Assembly (NCBI GenBank): GCA_021848145.1
Contig: JAJZMX010000005.1
Span: forward strand, 25,528 to 89,527
DNA: 64,000 nt
From: a bacterium
GTDB lineage: Bacteria; Patescibacteriota; Saccharimonadia; Saccharimonadales; UBA4665
Reading direction: 5' to 3'
Under the pieces are notes generated by a model. The model searched no databases, had not been told where the DNA came from, and worked only from the letters and a program-made list of their open reading frames with translations. Below are positions 1-8,280 of the stretch, piece by piece. Numbering within the stretch: position 1 is the first letter of the stretch; each line of letters begins with the position of its first letter. A program made the translations under genes and the position numbers.

Positions 1-117
1 TGCTTCAATTTTTAGGTTGTCCGGATTAATTATTGGCGATACCACAGTAGCTACTGGAGCCCCTGTCCTCAGTGACAATATTTCTTTATTTAAAAGTGTT
101 CCGGATAGTTGCAGCAT
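1..117 (-). CDS. N-terminus of a partial CDS running off the window (MLQLSGTLLNKEILSLRTGAPVATVVSPIINPDNLKIEA), possibly PRC-barrel-like
   Basis: My own translation of the minus strand from ATG at 117. It stays in frame to position 1. The G-x-P-V-A-x-V...I-x-P motif resembles PRC-barrel domains. Confidence 0.3.
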   Translation of the reverse strand, partial: MLQLSGTLLNKEILSLRTGAPVATVVSPIINPDNLKIEA

Positions 118-196
118 ATATTTTTAGTATAGTCCCAAGGTTAACCTAGTGGCTAGTGACTAGAGTTTTTTGTTCTTCTATCAGATAATCTAGTTA

Positions 197-682
197 ATGG
201 ACAAGATAGAAGTTAAATCGGTAATACTAAATAGCCCTAACGATACTGAATTATTGGGAGCTAGTATAGGCCGCAACCTAAAGGGTGGTGAATTATTTGA
301 ACTGACTAGCGATTTGGGTGGCGGTAAGACAACCTTAACGAGGGGTATTGTACAAGGCGCTGGTAGTCATGACCATGTAAGTAGTCCTAGTTTTACGATC
401 CGTAATGACTACCAGGCAAAAGATTTATCTATAGCTCACTTTGATTTTTATCGTTTAAGTGAGCCGGGTATATTGAGGGATATGCTTGGAGAGGCAATAA
501 CTAACCAAGATATGGCTGTTATTATTGAATGGGCTCAGATTGTAGACGATGTGTTGCCGACCGATCACATTAAGATAGAACTCATGCCAGTTAGCGACAA
601 GGGGCGTAAGGCGAAAATTTCTTATCCACATCGGTTTGAATATTTGTTTAAAGGAGTTAACGATGCTAACGCTGTTGCTTAA
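197..682 (+). CDS. tsaE: tRNA threonylcarbamoyladenosine (t6A) biosynthesis ATPase TsaE
   Basis: P-loop SDLGGGKTTLTRGI, SPSFTI and HFDFYRL motifs typical of YjeE/TsaE. It is followed by tsaB. Confidence 0.85.
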   Translation: MDKIEVKSVILNSPNDTELLGASIGRNLKGGELFELTSDLGGGKTTLTRGIVQGAGSHDHVSSPSFTIRNDYQAKDLSIAHFDFYRLSEPGILRDMLGEAITNQDMAVIIEWAQIVDDVLPTDHIKIELMPVSDKGRKAKISYPHRFEYLFKGVNDANAVA

Positions 683-1055
683 GACTGACCAATCAGAAGC
701 AGAAATATACCTTTACCAAGAAAATAAATGTATAGCAGAAAAAGTATGGAAAGCTGATCGATCGCTCGCTGAAACTATTTCCAAACAAATTGAATCGGTC
801 ATAAAAAAAGAAGGCCTAAGCTTGGATAAGCTAGATGCTATAGGCGTTTTTAGGGGTCCAGGCAGTTTCACTGGCTTAAGAATTGGCCACAGCGTAGCTA
901 ATGCGCTTGCTTATGGGCTGGGGTTACCTATAGTTGGTGTCCAAGGAAAGGATTGGCAAAAACAGGCGATATTATTGTTAGAAGAAGGCAAGGACGAAGA
1001 GGTAGTAATGCCTGAGTATGGAGCACCGCCTCGCACAACTGCGCCTCGGAAGTGA
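663..1055 (+). CDS. tsaB: t6A biosynthesis protein TsaB (YeaZ-like, short form)
   Basis: GPGSFTGLRIGHSVANALAYGLGLPIVGV motif. I prefer ATG 663 (MLTLLLKTD) over the track start at 636. The gene overlaps the tsaE stop. Confidence 0.75.
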   Translation: MLTLLLKTDQSEAEIYLYQENKCIAEKVWKADRSLAETISKQIESVIKKEGLSLDKLDAIGVFRGPGSFTGLRIGHSVANALAYGLGLPIVGVQGKDWQKQAILLLEEGKDEEVVMPEYGAPPRTTAPRK

Positions 1056-1301
1056 ATAAGCAATTGACCTGGTAAAGCCGTGGGGGGTATAGTTTAGTTA
1101 AGCTTGATTCTTAGCAGGAGATATTTCCTTAAAGACAGGCGTTTGTATTCATAACTGTATTTAAGTATTTTGGGGTTATTTTAACTAAAATTTGAAGTAG
1201 TGTCACAAGTGGCAGTTGAACTAGTGAAGTGAAAGCGAATGTTCCTGCTAATGGCGTTCAAAAAAGCAGTTGGATGACCCATAAAATCGGAAAGGAAAAT
1301 T

Positions 1302-2816
1302 ATGGTCATATTATCCATAGTTCTAGCTGTGGTTGGCCTAGGTGTTGGCTTTGGTGCCAATAACCTTATTAGCAAACGTAAGCAAAGTGATCTAGAGGCA
1401 AAGGCAGAGAAAGAAAGAGCAAAGACTGAAAAAGAAGCAGAGAAAGCTCTAAGCCAGGCCAGAGAAGAGGCAGCTAAGCTAGCCGATGAAGCACGCCGTG
1501 ACGAACAGTCAAGACGTAAAGAGCTAAAGGAGCTGGAGAACCGTTTAGTAGTTCGCGAGGAGTCTTTAGACAAGAAATTAGACGAGTTAGATAAAAGAAC
1601 CCAAAAGTTGCGCGCTAGTGAAGACGAGGTTGAAAAATTAAAAGACGAAATCCGAGATATTAGAAGCAAGCAACAGGAGAAACTGGAAAAGATCGCTAAG
1701 CTAACTAAAGCTGAGGCGGCCGAAAAGCTTATGCAGATGACCGAGAGGGATATCAAGAATGACCTTACAGGGCTAGTCTCTAAGCTACAGAATGAAGCCA
1801 AAGATAATGCAGAAGAGACCGCTGCACTAATAATTACAACCGCAATGGAGCGCATGAGCAGTGAAGTTACTGCTGAACGCACAGTTACGTCCATTAAGCT
1901 CGAAGACGAAGAAATGAAAGGCCGGATTATTGGCAAGGAAGGGCGGAATATACAGGCGTTGCAGAGAGCTACTGGTGTAGACATTATGGTAGATGATACC
2001 CCAGGCTACATTGTCTTAAGTAGCTTTGATCCAGTTCGGCGAGAGGTTGCCCGTCAGGCTCTTGAGATGTTAATGAAAGACGGACGTATACACCCAGGAA
2101 GAATAGAAGAGGTTGTAGAAAAAGCGCAGAAGAATGTCGAAAAAGATGTAGTTAGAGCTGGCGAAGATGCCGCCCGAGAGGTTGGGATTATTGGTATACC
2201 TAAAGAAATTCTTCACTTACTAGGTGAGCTTAAATTCAGAACCAGCTACGGCCAGAACGTACTTAAACATTCAACTGAAATGGCCCATATGGCAGGTATG
2301 ATAGCTGAAGAGGTTGGAGCGGACATAAAGACCGTTAAATATGCCGCATTGGTACATGATCTTGGCAAGGCATTAACCCATAAAATGGAAGGTAAGCACC
2401 ACCATATATCTGGTGAAGTTTTGCGAAAGTATGGTGCCCCGGAAGAGATCGCTTTAGCTGCCGAGCAACATCACGATGATGTTGAGGCAACATCCGTAGA
2501 AGCATTAATTATCCGGGTCGTAGATGCCATTAGTGCGGCTCGTCCGGGTGCAAGGAATATTAGTGCTGAGAACTTTGCCGAGAGAATGAAGGAGCTTGAA
2601 AATATAGCTAACAGCTTTAGTGGAATTGACAAGTCTTACGCCATTAGCGCCGGACGCGAAGTGCGTGTATTTGTCCGACCACAGCAGATTGATGACCTTA
2701 ATGCAATTCGCTTGGCTAGGGATATAGCTACTAAGATTGAGTCATCGATGCAGTATCCAGGGACTATTAAAGTAAACGTAATTAGGGAAACTAGAGCGGT
2801 TGAGTTCGCTAAATAA
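1302..2816 (+). CDS. rny: Ribonuclease Y
   Basis: N-terminal TM helix, K/E-rich coiled coil, KH domain (IGKEGRNIQALQRATGVDI), HD domain (LVHDLGKA, EQHHDD). Confidence 0.92.
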   Translation: MVILSIVLAVVGLGVGFGANNLISKRKQSDLEAKAEKERAKTEKEAEKALSQAREEAAKLADEARRDEQSRRKELKELENRLVVREESLDKKLDELDKRTQKLRASEDEVEKLKDEIRDIRSKQQEKLEKIAKLTKAEAAEKLMQMTERDIKNDLTGLVSKLQNEAKDNAEETAALIITTAMERMSSEVTAERTVTSIKLEDEEMKGRIIGKEGRNIQALQRATGVDIMVDDTPGYIVLSSFDPVRREVARQALEMLMKDGRIHPGRIEEVVEKAQKNVEKDVVRAGEDAAREVGIIGIPKEILHLLGELKFRTSYGQNVLKHSTEMAHMAGMIAEEVGADIKTVKYAALVHDLGKALTHKMEGKHHHISGEVLRKYGAPEEIALAAEQHHDDVEATSVEALIIRVVDAISAARPGARNISAENFAERMKELENIANSFSGIDKSYAISAGREVRVFVRPQQIDDLNAIRLARDIATKIESSMQYPGTIKVNVIRETRAVEFAK

Positions 2817-3618
2817 AATTAGGTTCTTATATATTGGCGACATTATGGGTAGTGTCGGCCTTAAGCTAATTGAGACCGAACTGCCCAAAATTAGGAAAGA
2901 GTATTCGATTGATTTTGTTGTAGCTCAGTCCGAGAATGTTAGTGAAGGACGGGGCTGTAATCCTGACGATTTCAAACGTCTAAAAAAAGCTGGTGTAGAT
3001 TTCTGTAGTGGCGGAAACTGGACCTTATGGCGCAAAGAGACACTACAGCTTCTTTCCGATCCGAATCAGGCAATAGTTAGGCCGGCAAATTATCCTGATG
3101 GAACTCCGGGGCTTAGATATAAGTATGCGAATGCATCATTCGGAAGAGTCTTGATGGTAAGCTTACTTGGCAAGACTGTTGGTAGAGATAGCAACCTTAA
3201 GCTGGATAATCCTCTTAAAACTATCGACACAATCATAGAACAGGAAAAAGACGAACCTAAAGTGGCCACGGTAGTAAATTTCCATGGTGACTATAGTAGT
3301 GAAAAGGTAGTCATTGGTCATTATTTGAACGGTAGGGTTAGCGCAGCGATTGGTGATCACTGGCACATTCCAACCGCTGATGCTAGGGTTTTATCTAAAG
3401 GCACTGCACATATAACTGACGTAGGCATGGTTGGGGCGCTAGATTCCAGTCTTGGCGTCAGAGTGAACAGTATTATTGAGCGTTGGCGTGATGAAATAGT
3501 AAATACTAACGTTCTTGAAGAGGATAAGCCGTGGCAGTTTAATGGCCTAATATTTGAGGTTGACCCAAAAACGGGTAAGTCCTTATCAGCAGAATCTATT
3601 AATTTTGTATACGAGTAA
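2800..3618 (+). CDS. ymdB: YmdB-like metallophosphoesterase (2',3'-cyclic-nucleotide phosphodiesterase family)
   Basis: YIGDIMG, GGNWTLW and NFHGDYSSEK motifs. It follows rny, as in Firmicutes. Non-ATG (TTG) start. Confidence 0.75.
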   Translation: MSSLNKIRFLYIGDIMGSVGLKLIETELPKIRKEYSIDFVVAQSENVSEGRGCNPDDFKRLKKAGVDFCSGGNWTLWRKETLQLLSDPNQAIVRPANYPDGTPGLRYKYANASFGRVLMVSLLGKTVGRDSNLKLDNPLKTIDTIIEQEKDEPKVATVVNFHGDYSSEKVVIGHYLNGRVSAAIGDHWHIPTADARVLSKGTAHITDVGMVGALDSSLGVRVNSIIERWRDEIVNTNVLEEDKPWQFNGLIFEVDPKTGKSLSAESINFVYE

Positions 3619-3648
3619 AGGTATAGTTTGGTATACTAACCCCTGATC

Positions 3649-3725
3649 CGGGGATTGGCGCAGTTGGCTAGCGCGCCGCGTTTGGGACGCGGAGGTCGGA
3701 GGTTCGAGTCCTCTATCCCCGACCA
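3649..3725 (+). tRNA. tRNA-Pro (anticodon TGG), CCA encoded
   Basis: Manual cloverleaf: acceptor CGGGGAT/ATCCCCG, anticodon arm CCGCG-TTTGGGA-CGCGG, T arm GGAGG-TTCGAGT-CCTCT. 77 nt. Confidence 0.9.
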
Positions 3726-3992
3726 CAATAGATGACTTTATTTAAAACAAAATATCAGGCTTTGATCAGAAAGTATAATTGAGAAATCAGTCTGCCACTT
3801 AATCGATAAGAAAACCAACGATTGATTTTTCATCAAGCTAGATAAGGAATTGTTCTAAAGCGAAAGTACTGAATACCAATATGACTTTTGCCTAGACTGT
3901 AAAACTGAAATAAGGTATGAAGTAAGTAAACATCTATCTGTCGTACGTTATTCTCGTATTATAAAAACTATATAAGCTTAAGTTTTAGGGTT

Positions 3993-4745
3993 TTATAGCT
4001 TAACTGTCACCCCGTTTGCCTTAAGTAGGTTGTCGGCGATTTTATTTGCAGCTAAGCTAACTTGTTCAGCTGTGATACCGTTGATACCATTGACCATATG
4101 GTTTAGGTAGCTGTCTACCTGGCTATTTTTTACAGATATATATGTTAATTTTTTTGATTCCTTTATGCTTAGCCAGTTGGCTATGGTGGTTGGATTTACT
4201 GACTGGCTAGAATTAGCTAAATTAACCGTGACCTGTTGGGTCATCAAGGCAGTCAATGCTTGGTTATAGTCAGAGTTATGGATCGCAATTTCATTAGGCT
4301 TTGGTTTTGGAGTCACTGGTTTTTGTGCGACTGCCATTTTAGCATCGTTCACTGCGGCCAAAATTTGCTTTTTATAAACTAAACCTGTGGCAGTCAGGCT
4401 AGCTATAATTACTGTTGCTATAGTGGCAAATATTATCGACTTACTAAAGCGAGACTCTCTTTTGTATGTTTTGCTATCAGGTGTGTAGCTTGCTTGATTC
4501 AATAGCGGTAATTCGGATTTTGCAGATATATTTTGTTCCGCGGGATAGGTTGCTGTGGCCTCAAGCATCTGCCTGAATAAATTTGGCAATAGGGTTAGTG
4601 ATTTAGGAACCTGTCTTAGGGTATTTGGGGCTGAATAATCTCGCCTGAAATTAGTTTCTCTATAAGAACTTCTTCGGGTTGTTGGACTAGGAGCATTTAG
4701 GACAAAATCATTCCCAACCATAGCCGGCCCTGTAACTCTACTCAT
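3993..4745 (-). CDS. Hypothetical single-pass membrane protein
   Basis: ORF with a central hydrophobic helix (IIFATIATVIIASLTATGLV). No recognisable catalytic motif. Confidence 0.45.
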   Translation of the reverse strand: MSRVTGPAMVGNDFVLNAPSPTTRRSSYRETNFRRDYSAPNTLRQVPKSLTLLPNLFRQMLEATATYPAEQNISAKSELPLLNQASYTPDSKTYKRESRFSKSIIFATIATVIIASLTATGLVYKKQILAAVNDAKMAVAQKPVTPKPKPNEIAIHNSDYNQALTALMTQQVTVNLANSSQSVNPTTIANWLSIKESKKLTYISVKNSQVDSYLNHMVNGINGITAEQVSLAANKIADNLLKANGVTVKL

Positions 4746-4868
4746 TTTTTTATTTTCTCTTCTTTGTTAAAAGCCTATGCTTATAACATACTATTCACTT
4801 TTTAATGATGCAATACCTTATTAATTTTCAAGTGGTATACTTTATACGTTCAAGAAGGCATAGTAATT

Positions 4869-5291
4869 ATGATTGACATAAAGCCAGCCACAGAGCATGA
4901 CTTGGATGAAATTAGAGAGTGGATTACCGGGAGTAGCCCTTCGCCTATAGGTGGAGCGTACTTTCCCTTGTCCGGTGTCATTGACCTAAGTAATCCAGAC
5001 AATGGATGGTGTGCTTGGCAAGATGAAGAGCTTGTTGCTTTCGTTTCATTAATACAAAATAGTAGCAATGATGCAATGATAGGATTTATTGTTAAGCCAA
5101 ACAGGCGCAGGGAAGGTATTGCAAAAGCATTTATACCTTTACTTCTAAAGAAAGAAGACCTTCAATCATTCAACCGTATAATTGCTACTCCTAGACTTGA
5201 AGATATAGGTGGCCAAAAAGTGCTTGAGCATGCTGGCTTTCGTAGGTCTGGTTCTGATCCCGATGGGCTACCTATATACGAAAGAAGATAA
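4869..5291 (+). CDS. GNAT-family N-acetyltransferase
   Basis: 140 aa, with motif A-like NRRREGIAKAF and a C-terminal GFRRSG segment. Confidence 0.55.
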   Translation: MIDIKPATEHDLDEIREWITGSSPSPIGGAYFPLSGVIDLSNPDNGWCAWQDEELVAFVSLIQNSSNDAMIGFIVKPNRRREGIAKAFIPLLLKKEDLQSFNRIIATPRLEDIGGQKVLEHAGFRRSGSDPDGLPIYERR

Positions 5292-5345
5292 TAGGTTCAG
5301 CTTCCAAATAACAGATCACTTAGTGGTATACTTGGTTAGATCTTC

Positions 5346-5422
5346 CGGGGTGTGGCGCAGCCTGGTAGCGCGCAGCGTTCGGGACGCTGAGGCCGTCCGT
5401 TCAAATCGGATCACCCCGACCA
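5346..5422 (+). tRNA. tRNA-Pro (anticodon CGG), CCA encoded
   Basis: Acceptor CGGGGTG/CACCCCG, anticodon arm CAGCG-TTCGGGA-CGCTG, T arm GTCCG-TTCAAAT-CGGAT. 77 nt. Confidence 0.9.
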
Positions 5423-5428
5423 AATATT

Positions 5429-6055
5429 ATGTATGTTTCTCTTAGCTTAGCTGCAATTGCCCTCTTGTTGGTAGCCAATGAATTTTGGGCTCGTAAAAAA
5501 GGTTCACATAGGGAGCATTCACGTAAAATTGTTCATATACTTGTAGGTAGCTTTGCTGCCTTTTGGCCACTCTTTATGAGTTGGAGTGATATTCGCTTTA
5601 TAAGTTTGGCTTTTTTGGTTGTGGTTGTTTTGTCAAAATCTTTAAATGTATTTGCCTCAATTCATGAAGTTGAACGTTTTAGTGTAGGGGAAATTAGTTT
5701 TGCAATAGCCATTGGGCTACTGACATTCATAACCAAAAATGACTTTATATACGCCGTGTCTATGCTACAGATGGGTTTAGCTGACGGTTTAGCTGCAATT
5801 ATTGGTTTGCACTATGGCAGGGGGAATACATATAAAATACTTGGGCATAAGAAAAGCCTGGCCGGCACCTCAACGTTTTTCGTATGCTCCTTAGCTATTA
5901 TTATAGTTGGCAGCATTTTGGCCAATTTCCATCTTAGTTGGTACTTAGTACTAACTGTTGCAATCCTAGCAACAATTATCGAGAACTTAGCGCTGTGGGG
6001 ATTAGATAATCTTTTCTTACCAATAGTCGTGGCACTTATACTAATACACTCTTAA
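5429..6055 (+). CDS. Polyprenol/dolichol/phytol kinase-like membrane protein (CTP-transferase-1 superfamily)
   Basis: Polytopic membrane protein with LADGLAAIIG..YG and KSLAGTSTFF motifs typical of the CdsA/dolichol-kinase superfamily. Confidence 0.5.
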   Translation: MYVSLSLAAIALLLVANEFWARKKGSHREHSRKIVHILVGSFAAFWPLFMSWSDIRFISLAFLVVVVLSKSLNVFASIHEVERFSVGEISFAIAIGLLTFITKNDFIYAVSMLQMGLADGLAAIIGLHYGRGNTYKILGHKKSLAGTSTFFVCSLAIIIVGSILANFHLSWYLVLTVAILATIIENLALWGLDNLFLPIVVALILIHS

Positions 6056-7892
6056 CTTTAAGGTTGTGCGCACGGAGAGCGTTAAATATTACTACCACAT
6101 CAACACCTTCTTGCAGTATAGCCCCATATATCGGCATAAATTTGCCAGTTGCAAAAATAACCATCAAAATAATACTTAACGCAATTCCCACTAGTATGCT
6201 TTGTCGGGCGACTGTAAATGTTTTTTTCGAAATCTCGACTGCTGCAGCAACACGGCTTAAGTCATCTTGCATAATAACTAAGTCTGCAGACTCGCTGGCC
6301 GCAGTGGAACCTTTAGCGCCTAAGGCTATACCAATGTCTGAACCAGTCAGCACTGGTGCATCATTGACTCCATCACCAACAAATGCCGCTGGCCGTTCCT
6401 TTATGTCTTCAAGAGCATGTAGCTTCTCGCCTGGAAGGGTTTCTGCGTAAACTGTTCTAATTCCCACAGCTTTAGCAATCGTGTCCGCGGTTGCTTTATT
6501 GTCTCCTGTAATCATGACAGTTCGTAAGATGCCCAGATTTCTTAGGTCTTGAATGGTTTTTTTAGACTCAGGTCTTACTTGGTCACTTAAGTAGATTATG
6601 CCAGCCAAATTGCCGTTTATCGCCAAATAGACTATTGTTTTAGCTTTGTTAGTTAAGTTATTTTTCGGAATCTTAACACCGTGTTCTGTTACGTAATCTC
6701 CTCTACCCAAAAGAAGATCGTCTCCTTTATATAGTGCGCTTAAACCCCTGCCGGGCGTTTCTTTAACGTTTTTAACCTTAGTGACCTTTATTTTCTTGTC
6801 TACGGAAGCCCTTACAATGGCTTGGGCTATGACATGTGCGGAGTTTTGTTCAATACTTGCCGCTATAGCCAATATTTCATCTTGGCTATAGGGATTGAAT
6901 GCCTTAATTGAGTCTATGGACAGTTCACCCTTAGTTAGGGTACCTGTTTTGTCAAAGATGACAGTCTTTGCTTCTGCCAGCTTTTCAAGAGCCGAACCTG
7001 TTTTAACTATGATGCCATACTTACTAGCACGGCTCATTCCAGATATAAGAGCGATCGGAGCTGCTAGAAGCAATGGGCATGGCGTTGCAACTACTATAAC
7101 CTCAAGAAAACGTATCGCGTGTCCGCTTAAAGCCCAAACAGTGCCGGCAATAAGATAGGACAATACTGTGAAAGGAATACTGTATCTGTCTGCAAGTCGT
7201 ACGAATGGGGCTTTTGATGCACCGGCAGATTGCACCAACTTAATAATTTGCTGGTATTGGCTATCTTTGGCTGAATGGATTGCCTTGGCGGTTATTGGAT
7301 AGTCTCCATTAATGGAACCACTTAATATTTGTTCGTTTACTGAGTGTGTTGCCGGTAAACTCTCGCCTGTTAAGCTTGATTCGTTGAAGCTGCTGGTGCC
7401 TTCAGTGATTATTGCGTCTACGGGCACAATTTCACCTGGTTTAATAATGACTTTATCTCCGACTTTTACCTCACTTGCTTTGACATCTAGAGTTTTCCTT
7501 CCGCGAATAATATGAGCCTTTTGTGGCGTGCCTTTGAGCAGGGCATCAAGCTCGCTGTGGGCTCGCCTCTCGGCGTAGTCCTCTAAGCTTTCTCCACCTG
7601 TTAACATAACGACAATAATCATAGCGGCGAAATCTTGCCTAAGAATTACGGATGTAATTATCGCTGTTAGGGCAAGGATATCTATGCCATAGGTTCCACT
7701 CCTTATATCCTCCCACATAGACTTAATAATGGGCAGACATTCAGATATAGCTACAGTACCCATTACCCACTCAGAAATAGTTTGCTGACCAAGGAAATAT
7801 AGTAAGGCGCCAACTATAAGTGCTAGTACAGCAAGAGCTAATAGGCTGTATGTTTTTACAAGCTTAAATATTCTTGCAATACTCTTTTTCAA
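6036..7892 (-). CDS. Heavy-metal (P1B-type) P-type ATPase without an N-terminal metal-binding domain
   Basis: TGES, DKTGTLT and GDGVNDAP motifs, plus a TM6 motif ATPCPLL. The start is trimmed to TTG 7892, which has an AAGGA RBS, because the track ORF start at 7961 runs through tRNA-His. Confidence 0.85.
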   Translation of the reverse strand: MKKSIARIFKLVKTYSLLALAVLALIVGALLYFLGQQTISEWVMGTVAISECLPIIKSMWEDIRSGTYGIDILALTAIITSVILRQDFAAMIIVVMLTGGESLEDYAERRAHSELDALLKGTPQKAHIIRGRKTLDVKASEVKVGDKVIIKPGEIVPVDAIITEGTSSFNESSLTGESLPATHSVNEQILSGSINGDYPITAKAIHSAKDSQYQQIIKLVQSAGASKAPFVRLADRYSIPFTVLSYLIAGTVWALSGHAIRFLEVIVVATPCPLLLAAPIALISGMSRASKYGIIVKTGSALEKLAEAKTVIFDKTGTLTKGELSIDSIKAFNPYSQDEILAIAASIEQNSAHVIAQAIVRASVDKKIKVTKVKNVKETPGRGLSALYKGDDLLLGRGDYVTEHGVKIPKNNLTNKAKTIVYLAINGNLAGIIYLSDQVRPESKKTIQDLRNLGILRTVMITGDNKATADTIAKAVGIRTVYAETLPGEKLHALEDIKERPAAFVGDGVNDAPVLTGSDIGIALGAKGSTAASESADLVIMQDDLSRVAAAVEISKKTFTVARQSILVGIALSIILMVIFATGKFMPIYGAILQEGVDVVVIFNALRAHNLKVKSVLV

Positions 7893-7916
7893 ATTATCCT
7901 TCTTTCGTTTATCTCT

Positions 7917-7994
7917 TGGGGCGAATGATGGGATTCGAACCCACGACCTCCGGGACCACAATCCAGCGCTCTAACCTACTGAGCTACATTCGCC
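7917..7994 (-). tRNA. tRNA-His (anticodon GTG) with encoded G-1 and CCA
   Basis: Reverse complement GGCGAATG..CTGGA-TTGTGGT-CCCGG..GTGGG-TTCGAAT-CCCAT-CATTCGC-C-CCA. The extra 5' G opposite C73 is the tRNA-His hallmark. Confidence 0.9.
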
Positions 7995-8019
7995 ATACAT
8001 AGCTTAAATAACAGGGGTG

Positions 8020-8048
8020 ATTATACGTAAAATTATCTTTTTGGGCAA
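8020..8048 (-). promoter_or_regulatory. Candidate sigma70-type promoter for tRNA-His (TTGCCC-17 nt-TATAAT)
   Basis: On the minus strand: TTGCCC (8048-8043), a 17 nt spacer, then TATAAT (8025-8020), about 25 nt upstream of the tRNA 5' end. Confidence 0.35.
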
Positions 8049-8087
8049 GTTACATCTGAAAATAGTAGAAAACTTGATAAAAGTAAA

Positions 8088-8107
8088 AGAACCCGTTGCC
8101 GGGCTCT
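8088..8107 (-). terminator. Intrinsic terminator-like hairpin downstream of the MMPL gene
   Basis: Minus-strand RNA AGAGCCCG-GCAA-CGGGTTCT followed by TTTACTTTT. The single G-U pair works only on the minus strand. Confidence 0.45.
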
Positions 8108-8280
8108 TTTGCTGATTTAACCGTTGCCGATTAAACCTGTCATCTTTCGATGACAACCACCTCAACGATGGTATTAACTAGTTTAGCAGCCCCGCTTTTT
8201 TATGCAAGCCCTAGCTTCGACGATTGTGTATAAGTATGTGCATAAGTAGCAATGATTAATCTGTTTTAATGACTTTATTT

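Noticed and set aside
1181-1984. 267-aa minus-strand ORF
   Set aside because: It is antisense to the K/E-rich coiled coil of rny, and its Ser/Leu-rich low-complexity product is the mirror image of that region. There is no RBS.
5209-5445. 78-aa ORF
   Set aside because: It reads straight through tRNA-Pro(CGG).
6064-7515. Several plus-strand ORFs (128, 87 and 67 aa) within the ATPase gene, and similar ones inside the MMPL, ABC, MurA, GH13 and MurD genes
   Set aside because: They are shadow ORFs antisense to strongly supported genes.
7893-7961. N-terminal extension of the P-type ATPase ORF
   Set aside because: It overlaps tRNA-His on the same strand. I trimmed the CDS to TTG 7892, which has an RBS.
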